The notes under the pieces: model-generated | Databases searched by the model: none | What the model was told of the DNA's origin: nothing | What the model saw: only the letters and a program-made list of their open reading frames with translations | Program-made: the position numbers and the translations under genes | Assembly: GCA_964549135.1 (NCBI GenBank) | Contig: CAZJUJ010000004.1 | Coordinates: 13,453-77,452 of the forward strand | DNA length: 64,000 nucleotides | Reading direction: 5' to 3' | From: an uncultured Oscillospiraceae bacterium | GTDB taxonomy: Bacteria; Bacillota; Clostridia; Christensenellales; Aristaeellaceae | Part shown: piece by piece, positions 56,849 through 64,000 of the stretch | Layout of the letters: the number at the start of each line of letters is the position of its first letter | Position numbering within the stretch: the first letter of the stretch is position 1

Positions 56849-58321
56849 TTACGGATTCATTTCCTTCAGCAATTCCCTTACGACCACTTTTTCGTCAAAG
56901 GGCCTTTTCACCCCCATAATTTCCTGGTAGGTTTCATGCCCCTTGCCGGCAAGCACAATCATATCACCTTCCCGGCCGATTTGCAAGGCATGGCGGATGG
57001 CTTCCCGCCGGTTTTCGATGACGATATAGCTGCCGCCGGTGGGCTTTATGCCCTCCTCCACCGCCCGGAGAATTTCATAAGGATCCTCCGTCCGGGGGTT
57101 ATCGCTGGTGAGGATGGAATAATCCGCCAGCCTGCCGCTGATTTCGCCCATCATGGGCCGCTTGCCCGCATCCCGGTCGCCGCCGCAGCCAAAGACCGAT
57201 ATGACCCGGCCCCGGGTAAACTGCCGCACGGCGGTCAGAATATTCTCCAGCGCATCCGGGGAATGGGAATAATCCAGCAGCACCCGGTAGGGGGTATTGG
57301 TATCCAGCACCTCCGCCCGGCCCGGCACCGATTTTACCTTGGCCAGCGCCGCCGTAATCGTTTCGGGATTGATGCCCACATTCAGGCATACCGCCGCGGC
57401 GGCCAGGGCGTTATAAACATTGAACATCCCCGTCAGCCGAAGCGCCACCGGGTATTCATGGGTATTAAAGAGCTTCATGACAAAATGCACGCCGTCTTCG
57501 GTGATTTCAATATCCCGGGCGAATAGATCGGCGTTATTGCAGATGCCGTAGGTGGTTCGGGGCACCCGAATATCCCTGAGGATTTCCCCGCCCCTTTCAT
57601 CATCCACATTGATGGCGGCGTTATCAATCCACCGGGGATCAAAAAAGGTCTTTTTGCAGGCAAAATAATTGTCCATGGTGCCGAAAAGATCCAGATGATC
57701 CTGGGAAAGATTGGTATAGCAGCCCGATTCAAAATGCACGCCCAGCAGCCGGTTCATATGCAGGGCATGGGCGGATACCTCCATGCTCACCGCCGTTACG
57801 CCCGCATCGCGCATCTGCCGAAGCGTCCTGAAAAATTCAATAGGCTCGGGGGTGGTGAAATGAGATTCCAGATATTCCTGACCGATCATATTGCCGGTGG
57901 TGCCAATCAGCCCCACCTTATGCCCGGCCTCCTCCAGAATCGCCTTGATCAGATAGCTGGTGGTGGTCTTGCCCTTGGTGCCGGTTACGCCCAGCAGCTT
58001 CATCTCCCGCTCGGGATGGCCAAAGAATTCCGCCGTCATCAGGGACATGGCGCTCCGCACATTCTTTACCTGCACCTGGGGCACGTTAAGAGGCAGAAAA
58101 TGCGTCACCACCAGGGCAGACGCGCCGTTTTCAACGGCCTTGCCGGCAAAATCATGGGCGTCAAAGCGCGCGCCGGGAATGCAGAAAAACAGCGCGTTTT
58201 CCATTCTTCTCCGGCTGTCCATGGATAAATCCAGAATGTCGCATTCGCCCCTGATTTCCACGGCTTCCTCCGCCGCAGCCCTGGCCAGCATCGATAAGAG
58301 CATATTGCATCCTCCGTTCAC
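56849..58321 (-). CDS. murE: UDP-MurNAc-L-Ala-D-Glu--2,6-diaminopimelate ligase
   Basis: GVTGTKGKTTT. The DNPR motif (LTSDNPRTEDP) indicates a meso-DAP-adding MurE. ATGA overlap with the PBP gene. Confidence 0.9.
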   Translation of the reverse strand: MNGGCNMLLSMLARAAAEEAVEIRGECDILDLSMDSRRRMENALFFCIPGARFDAHDFAGKAVENGASALVVTHFLPLNVPQVQVKNVRSAMSLMTAEFFGHPEREMKLLGVTGTKGKTTTSYLIKAILEEAGHKVGLIGTTGNMIGQEYLESHFTTPEPIEFFRTLRQMRDAGVTAVSMEVSAHALHMNRLLGVHFESGCYTNLSQDHLDLFGTMDNYFACKKTFFDPRWIDNAAINVDDERGGEILRDIRVPRTTYGICNNADLFARDIEITEDGVHFVMKLFNTHEYPVALRLTGMFNVYNALAAAAVCLNVGINPETITAALAKVKSVPGRAEVLDTNTPYRVLLDYSHSPDALENILTAVRQFTRGRVISVFGCGGDRDAGKRPMMGEISGRLADYSILTSDNPRTEDPYEILRAVEEGIKPTGGSYIVIENRREAIRHALQIGREGDMIVLAGKGHETYQEIMGVKRPFDEKVVVRELLKEMNP

Positions 58322-60435
58322 TCAGGCAATTGAAAAGTAACCTTGATTTTTTCGCCCCGGGGGGCATAGCTTCCCGCCGAGGGCGTCTGGGAAACGGCCA
58401 GGCCGCTCCCCGCAATCTCCATTTCAAATCCGCGGGCCCGCAATTGTCTTCCCGCCTCTACCATGGAAAGGCCGCATACCTCCGGCACGCACGCCATTTC
58501 ATCCGCCCGGGCAGGTGCCTCCTCATAGGTGTAGAGCATCACGCAGTCCCCCGCCCGCATTTTCGCCCCGGCAGCCGGGGCCTGGGCAGCTACCGCATCG
58601 CTGATGCCGTCCGTTTCGGCAAGCAGCCCATTTTTCGCCAGGGCTTCCCGGGCCTCCCGGAGGGAAAGCCCCGTTACATCGGGCACGCTGGCCTCCGCTC
58701 TGTCCTCCGCTTCCACCCGCTCAATGCCCAGATAGGGCAGGATATCCGAAAGTATCTGCCGGGCAAAGGGGGCGGCGGTGGTGCTGCCGTAATCAACGGG
58801 CACCCGGGCCTCATGCACCGTCACCAGCACCGCCACCTGGGGATTTTCCATGGGCGCAAAGCCGATGAAGGAGCCGATATGCACATCGGATACCACCCGC
58901 CCCTGCCGGTATACCTGGGCCGTGCCCGTTTTGCCGCCGATGGAATAGCCGCTGATCGCGGCATTTTTCCCGCCGCCGTTTTCCACCACGTTTTTAAGCA
59001 GCATGCGCATGGTCTTGCTGGTTTCTTCGCTGATGGGCAGGGAAAGCACCTGAGGCCGGGTGCGGTCGATCACCGTCCCCTCCTCATCCAGCACCTCTTT
59101 GACAATGTAGGGCCGCATCAGCCGCCCGCCGTTAACCACCGCGCCTGCAGCCGTGATCAGCTGCAGCGGCGTTACCGCCACGCTCTGCCCAAAGCCGATC
59201 CGGGCCAGATCCACATCCTTGACATACCGGCTGTTAATCAGCAGCCCCGGGCTCTCCCCGGGCAGATCAATCCCTGTTTTCCGGCCCAGCCCAAAGGCGT
59301 GCAGATACCGGTAATAGGTATCCGTGCCCATCCGCAGGGCCAAAGTGACAAAGGCGGGGTTGCAGCTGTTGGCAAGCGCATCCGCCAGGCTCTGCTGCCC
59401 GTGGCTCGCCTTCCAGCAGCGGATTCTGTCGCCCGATACGGTGATGCTGCCCGTGCAGTGAAAGCCATCGGAAAGGGAAGCGCAGCCGCTGTCCAGGGCG
59501 GCGGCACAGGTAAGCAGCTTAAAGGTGGAGCCCGGCTCATACACATCCGTTACGGCTGTAATGCGCATCAGCTCCGTCAGAAGCGCCGCATCGCTTCTGG
59601 GCGGCTCATTGGGATCATAATCGGGCTTCATGCAAAGGGCCAGCACCGCGCCTGTATTCACATCCGTCACGATGCACTGCACCCTGGAGGCATTATTCAC
59701 CTCCAGGCATTCCCGCATGGCCTTTTCCACCACGCCCTGAATGGTCGCATCCACCGTCAGCCGCAGCGTATGGCCCGTTTCGGGGGCCACATAGGCCGTT
59801 TTCCCGTCCGGCAGCATCCGGGCCCTGCTGTCCACCTCCGTGCGCAGAGAGCCCTCTTTGCCCCGCAGAAGCGTCTCGTACTGGCTCTCCAGCCCCGATT
59901 GCCCCCGGGAATCCACATCCGTCAGCCCCAGCACCTGGGATAGAAAGGCCCCCTTGGTGTAGAACCGCCGGGTATCCTCTTCAAAGCGCACGCCCCGCAG
60001 CAGCCGCTGCATTTCGCCGCCGCCCGCCTGCAGCGCCCGGATCTGATCCACCGTTTTCCGGGGCACCTGGCGCTTCAGAATGACGGAGGCCAGTTTCTTA
60101 TTTTCCAGCTTCTCCGCCATGGCATCTTCATCGGCATCCAGAAGGGGCGACAGCACCTTCGCCAGAGCACGCTCATCCTCTGCCGCCCGGGGATTGGCGG
60201 TCACGATATAGGCCGTGGCCGACAGGGCCAGGGTCTCCCCGTTGGTATCCTGAATGCTGCCCCGCCGGGCGGTCACCGTGCCCTCTCGGGTCCATTGGCG
60301 CACGCCCCGCTGGGTCAATTCAGCCCCCTGAAACAAGGCTAAGCTGCCGATGCGCACGCCTACCGCCAGGAAAAGCAGCGTGAGCACCGCCAGCATCGTC
60401 AGCATCCGTTTGCGAATTTTGATTTCTGCGCGCAT
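58318..60435 (-). CDS. Class B penicillin-binding protein (PBP2B/SpoVD-like) with two C-terminal PASTA domains
   Basis: STFK, SCN and KTGT motifs. Two PASTA-like repeats at the C-terminus. Confidence 0.9.
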   Translation of the reverse strand: MRAEIKIRKRMLTMLAVLTLLFLAVGVRIGSLALFQGAELTQRGVRQWTREGTVTARRGSIQDTNGETLALSATAYIVTANPRAAEDERALAKVLSPLLDADEDAMAEKLENKKLASVILKRQVPRKTVDQIRALQAGGGEMQRLLRGVRFEEDTRRFYTKGAFLSQVLGLTDVDSRGQSGLESQYETLLRGKEGSLRTEVDSRARMLPDGKTAYVAPETGHTLRLTVDATIQGVVEKAMRECLEVNNASRVQCIVTDVNTGAVLALCMKPDYDPNEPPRSDAALLTELMRITAVTDVYEPGSTFKLLTCAAALDSGCASLSDGFHCTGSITVSGDRIRCWKASHGQQSLADALANSCNPAFVTLALRMGTDTYYRYLHAFGLGRKTGIDLPGESPGLLINSRYVKDVDLARIGFGQSVAVTPLQLITAAGAVVNGGRLMRPYIVKEVLDEEGTVIDRTRPQVLSLPISEETSKTMRMLLKNVVENGGGKNAAISGYSIGGKTGTAQVYRQGRVVSDVHIGSFIGFAPMENPQVAVLVTVHEARVPVDYGSTTAAPFARQILSDILPYLGIERVEAEDRAEASVPDVTGLSLREAREALAKNGLLAETDGISDAVAAQAPAAGAKMRAGDCVMLYTYEEAPARADEMACVPEVCGLSMVEAGRQLRARGFEMEIAGSGLAVSQTPSAGSYAPRGEKIKVTFQLPE

Positions 60436-60469
60436 GGTTCTCCCCCCATGGGCAGCCGGGAATCATCCT

Positions 60470-61000
60470 TTACCTGCTGCCCGTGATCATTCCATGCCAG
60501 ACGGGAGAGGGGGAATCCCCCGTCAGGCTGATATTCTGCCGGCTCGGCCGGGTATCCGGGGCCATCACCTGAACGGCCTCCACGCCGGTGGCGGCCACCA
60601 TGCCCATTTCCTGGGCGGCGGCATAGCAGATCCGAGAGGAATCCCGGGCCGCCATCACCTCCAGCGTCAGCTGGCTGTTATCCGTGATGGTCTGGGCGAT
60701 GCCGCTTTCCATGGCGCTGATGCGCTTGGAAAGCTCGGCCCGCTGGCAGGCCTTGTTCAGCACCAGAATGGCAAAGGCCAGGAATACCGCGCAGAGGAAA
60801 ATAATGCCGATATTGGCAGGAATGGTGGCGGCGCGCCGGGGAGCCTTCCGGGTGCTTGCGGCATAATAAGGCTGGCGGTCGCTTCCCTCTCCCGCTTCGG
60901 CATCGGGCACATACACATGGCTGCGCACATTCATGCGCATGCCCGGCATGGCCTGTACGCCGGCCATGGCGTACTGCATCGTCTTTCCCTTCTGCATCAC
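60470..61000 (-). CDS. ftsL: FtsL-like septum-formation protein
   Basis: Single TM helix plus a coiled-coil segment. Position between mraZ and the class B PBP. The start is uncertain. Confidence 0.6.
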   Translation of the reverse strand: MMQKGKTMQYAMAGVQAMPGMRMNVRSHVYVPDAEAGEGSDRQPYYAASTRKAPRRAATIPANIGIIFLCAVFLAFAILVLNKACQRAELSKRISAMESGIAQTITDNSQLTLEVMAARDSSRICYAAAQEMGMVAATGVEAVQVMAPDTRPSRQNISLTGDSPSPVWHGMITGSR

Positions 61001-61025
61001 TATGATATTCCCTCACTTTGCGAAA

Positions 61026-61592
61026 TTAGAACGTCTGTCCCTTCTGCATTTCGGCGATCATGGCCAAAGGATCGGCAAATTCCTCGTCAAAATCCAGATC
61101 CTGCTGGCGGCTGTCGGCAGCGGGCACGATCCTGATATGGGTCGCCGCGCCGTTTACATCCACATCCCGGGCATCCCCCAGCCGCCAGGAGCGTATCTTC
61201 TGGGGAAGCAAAAGCCTGCCCTGGGCATCCGCCTCGCAGTCCACATAGCTGTATTTGCTGAATTGATCCAATAGGCGCTGGGCCCGGGCATTGATCCTGA
61301 CCAGCGCGAGCAGCTCATCCCGCCGCTCCAGCCAGCCGTGAAGCGGATAAAGCGCCACGGCCTTAAAATCCGGCGTGGGCGCCACGGCGAAGGTATCGCC
61401 CAGGGGCTCACGGAAGGCGGCGGGGATGATCATGCGGCCCTTGGCGTCAATGCCGTGGGTATAGCTGCCCACAAAGCCCAGGAAGGGCGGCTTGCCGTGA
61501 TCGTCATGGCCGGTTTCGGGCGCGGGTTCACTGGAATGCAGCGCATCCCCCGGGGTTTCCGGGTTCAGCCCCGTTTTTTTCTCATCCGCCAT
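61026..61592 (-). CDS. mraZ: Transcriptional regulator MraZ with N- and C-terminal extensions
   Basis: Two SpoVT/AbrB-like repeats (HGIDAKGRMIIPAAFRE, DAQGRLLLPQKIR). The start at MADEKK (61592) is tentative; the ORF-track start at 61607 is TTG. Confidence 0.8.
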   Translation of the reverse strand: MADEKKTGLNPETPGDALHSSEPAPETGHDDHGKPPFLGFVGSYTHGIDAKGRMIIPAAFREPLGDTFAVAPTPDFKAVALYPLHGWLERRDELLALVRINARAQRLLDQFSKYSYVDCEADAQGRLLLPQKIRSWRLGDARDVDVNGAATHIRIVPAADSRQQDLDFDEEFADPLAMIAEMQKGQTF

Positions 61593-61644
61593 ACGCTCAC
61601 CACACAATCCGCCATTTTCTCACCACTTTTTGGGCTGCTTCACC

Positions 61645-61674
61645 ATTTTAAGGCACTTTTCAGGGCTTTGTCAA
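61645..61674 (-). promoter_or_regulatory. Candidate Pmra sigma-A promoter
   Basis: The minus strand reads TTGACA (61674-61669), 18 nt spacer, TAAAAT (61650-61645). Followed by GTGGTGAG direct repeats at 61626-61619 and 61603-61596 and a GGTGAAG variant at 61646-61638. Confidence 0.5.
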
Positions 61675-61713
61675 GCGCAAGCGCAGATCGCTGTTTCCTC
61701 TTTGGGAAACATT

Positions 61714-61772
61714 TTCGTCATACTTTCGTCATCCATTCGACAAAAAGAGAAAACGCGTTCGCATTTTCGGCA
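61714..61772 (-). promoter_or_regulatory. Array of four TGNCGAA (Spo0A-box-like) heptamers, three at exact 11-bp spacing
   Basis: Minus strand: TGTCGAA (61742-61736), TGACGAA (61731-61725), TGACGAA (61720-61714) and TGCCGAA (61772-61766). All are in the same orientation, 40-100 bp upstream of the candidate -35. Confidence 0.45.
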
Positions 61773-61989
61773 AAAGAAAAGAGAGAACACATTTTCGCAT
61801 TCTCTCATTTTTTGTTTCTTTTGAATATCGAGTTCGTTCAATTATGTATCGATTAAACAAAAAAATAAAACATTTTTCGTTTCATCCTTTTGGGAATTTG
61901 TAATACAAATTTCATTTTCGTTCCATCCTGTTCGCATTTTGTCCCGGCCCGCCACATGTAGGGCCCGCCCGACACCGCCGCAACAAAAT

Positions 61990-62011
61990 AGCGGCTCTTC
62001 AGCCGCTTTTT
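61990..62011. terminator. Hairpin terminator 3 nt after the metallophosphoesterase stop (works on both strands)
   Basis: AGCGGCT-cttc-AGCCGCT. Flanked by AAAAT on one side and TTTTT on the other. Confidence 0.55.
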
Positions 62012-62013
62012 GC

Positions 62014-62748
62014 TTATTTTTCTTCCGTTTCGCTCCCCGGATTGGGATCAGCCGCCACGCCCGCGCCCGGCAGGCGATACAGACGGAACCCCAGCCCATC
62101 GCAGGAAACGCAATGATAGCGCACCCCGCCGTGCAGCCCGGTGACCGCGCCCCGGAGGGACGCGCCATGGAGATGGCCGTACACCACGTCATCCACCCCA
62201 TGCCGGGAAAGCAGCTGGGAGAGACGGGTTTCCTCTCCCCCTTCGCCCAGGGGCGGATAATGGCACATAACCACCAGCCGCTCTGCCCCCAGCCTTTCCG
62301 CCCTGTCCAGAGACATTTCCATCCGCAGAAGCTCTCTGGTATAGAGCCTCTCATCCTCCGCCGCGTGGGGGGCGGGCAGCGTCCAGCCCCGGGTGCCGCA
62401 GAAGGCGGTATCGCCCAGGCGCAGGGCGTCATTCTGCACGGCATACATGCCGGGGGGCAATAGCTCCCGCAGCCGGGAAATGCCGCACCACCAATAATCA
62501 TGATTGCCCCGCAGGATGATTTTCTTCCCCGGCAATTGGCCTATGGCCCTAAGATCCGGCAGCGCATCCTCAATCTGCATGGCCCAGCTGATATCCCCGG
62601 GGATCAGCACCGTATCCTCTTCCGTTACCCTTTCGCGCCAATCCCTTGCAATCCGCGCAAAATGGCCCTCCCAATGTTCGCCGAATATCTCCATGGGCTT
62701 GTTATCGCCGCCGGGCAGATGCAGATCCCCAATCGCATAGATATCCAC
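62014..62748 (-). CDS. Metallophosphoesterase (YfcE/calcineurin-like)
   Basis: GTG start at 62748, 1 nt after the upstream stop. DIYAIGDLHL, GDISW, GNHDYW and GHLH motifs. Confidence 0.8.
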   Translation of the reverse strand: MDIYAIGDLHLPGGDNKPMEIFGEHWEGHFARIARDWRERVTEEDTVLIPGDISWAMQIEDALPDLRAIGQLPGKKIILRGNHDYWWCGISRLRELLPPGMYAVQNDALRLGDTAFCGTRGWTLPAPHAAEDERLYTRELLRMEMSLDRAERLGAERLVVMCHYPPLGEGGEETRLSQLLSRHGVDDVVYGHLHGASLRGAVTGLHGGVRYHCVSCDGLGFRLYRLPGAGVAADPNPGSETEEK

Positions 62749-62749
62749 G

Positions 62750-63145
62750 TTATTCGTCTTCGTCCTCGTCGTCCTCGGCCTCTTCCTCTTCCAGCTCATC
62801 CAGAGAAAGATCATTTTCGATTTCGCCGTATTCCCGGCCGGGAATATCCTCGTCAATTTCGGGGATGATTTCATCCATGGAGCTGACGGGATCAATGCCC
62901 AGAGAGGATTCGCTTACGCGGGTTTCGCCTTCCTCATCCTGGCGATCGTTATTATTGTTCATTTCCTTCAGGCAGAACAGGCATACGTCCTTGCCGGGCA
63001 GGGCAGGGGCCTCATTGCAGACGGTACACATTTCGATTTCGTCATGCTGCCTTTCACCCTTCATTTCCCGCTTGCATATCTTGCAGTAGCCTTCCTCCTC
63101 CTGAATATAATTCAGTTCGCACCGGGGGCATTTGATCAATTTCAT
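62750..63145 (-). CDS. Zinc-ribbon protein with a highly acidic C-terminal tail
   Basis: Start at MKLIKCPRCELNY (GAGGAGG RBS). Four CxxC pairs. The tail is DELEEEEAEDDEDEDE. Confidence 0.65.
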   Translation of the reverse strand: MKLIKCPRCELNYIQEEEGYCKICKREMKGERQHDEIEMCTVCNEAPALPGKDVCLFCLKEMNNNNDRQDEEGETRVSESSLGIDPVSSMDEIIPEIDEDIPGREYGEIENDLSLDELEEEEAEDDEDEDE

Positions 63146-63277
63146 TTTCTTTTCCTCCTCAGGCATCCCTGCCAGCAATTTCCTTGGCAAAGCCATGGCA
63201 ATTTGTTTGATCATTTTTGAAGTTTGTATTACGATAAACCTGCGATCGTAATACTTTTGAAACAAAGGAGAATTTTC

Positions 63278-63919
63278 ATGAAACACTCACTTTGCATTTT
63301 CACGGTTTCTCTGGTTCTGCTTGCCTCCACCGCGCTGGCGGATGGCGCGCCCGCCTCCCAGTTTGGCTTTGAGGGCTGGCCCTACCGGCAGCAGAGCCCC
63401 GCCTGTGCCCGGGAGGAAGCGATAACGCCCGCGCCTGCCCCGAAGGAGACGCCCGCGCCCACCGTCCGGCCCGCCGCTTCGCCGACCGCGGCAGCACCTG
63501 CGCCCACCGCAAGCACGGGTGATTATACTACAATATCCGTCTCCGCGCAAGAGCAAAAAGTATTGAATTTGCTGAATCAGGAGCGTCTCAGCCATGGTCT
63601 GCCCGCTCTTTCCCTGGATCCTGAGCTTTCCCGCATTGCGCGGATCAAATCCTGCGATATGAAGGCGGCGCATTATTTCGCCCATACCTCCCCCACCTAC
63701 GGAAACGCCGCCGCCATGCTCGGCCATTTCGGCTATTCCTTCGCCGGGGTCGGGGAAAATATCGCCCATCATGCCACGGTGGAAAAGGCCCACGCCGCTT
63801 TCATGAGCAGCCAGGCACACCGGGGCAATATCCTGGGCAGCCAATGGCTCAAGGTGGGCATCGGCATCTGCTACGATGACCAGGGCTTCGTCTATATAAC
63901 CCAGCTTTTCGTCCGCTGA
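63278..63919 (+). CDS. CAP/SCP-domain secreted protein (YkwD-like)
   Basis: Signal peptide MKHSLCIFTVSLVLLASTALA. The CAP domain carries HYFAHTSP and HRGNIL motifs. Confidence 0.8.
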   Translation: MKHSLCIFTVSLVLLASTALADGAPASQFGFEGWPYRQQSPACAREEAITPAPAPKETPAPTVRPAASPTAAAPAPTASTGDYTTISVSAQEQKVLNLLNQERLSHGLPALSLDPELSRIARIKSCDMKAAHYFAHTSPTYGNAAAMLGHFGYSFAGVGENIAHHATVEKAHAAFMSSQAHRGNILGSQWLKVGIGICYDDQGFVYITQLFVR

Positions 63920-63924
63920 GCCTT

Positions 63925-64000
63925 GGGGAGAGAACGGGGAGAGATCTTGCGGGAGGATGCTTTTGTGTCAAAAGCACCCTCCCGCGCCCTCCCGAAAACC
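63925..64000. repeat. Modular intergenic repeat, copy D (G-H-B...; runs off the window edge)
   Basis: H hairpin at 63949-63985 differs from the copy A hairpin by one loop nucleotide. B module starts at 63987. Confidence 0.75.

Overview
64-kb chromosomal window, about 60% GC. Gene content suggests a sporulating, high-GC Clostridia-type Firmicute (inference). From left to right it contains: (1) envelope genes (two CapA-family proteins, lgt, a phosphodiester glycosidase), an RluA-type pseudouridine synthase and an AraC regulator; (2) the conserved mrnC-thyX-rlmB-sigH block; (3) a two-component system; (4) a sugar-acid operon (enolase-superfamily dehydratase, SDR, KDPG aldolase); (5) a 10-gene Mrp operon in Mbh-like gene order with four antiporter-like subunits; (6) a divergent apbE / NusG_II / triple-FMN-domain RnfG / rnfCDEAB operon; (7) a glycoside hydrolase driven by a consensus promoter with a tandem-repeat leader; (8) a ~7-kb accessory island; (9) the dcw cluster (mraZ to ftsZ), which lacks rsmH, murF and murG; (10) a few small genes. 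I saw no rRNA, tRNA or CRISPR array. The strongest candidates for something undescribed are three. First, a modular, nested-palindromic intergenic repeat family with at least five copies that fill whole intergenic gaps and carry covarying hairpins and bidirectional terminator-like modules. Second, in the island, a translationally coupled four-gene cassette built around an orphan terminase large subunit, flanked by proteins that share an HxGxxGMKWGxRR motif and ending in a toxin/immunity-like pair. Third, five 28-nt tandem repeats transcribed as the leader of the glycoside hydrolase. Also of note is a phased triple TGNCGAA (Spo0A-box-like) array upstream of mraZ. All family assignments come from reading motifs by eye and memory; no database search was run.
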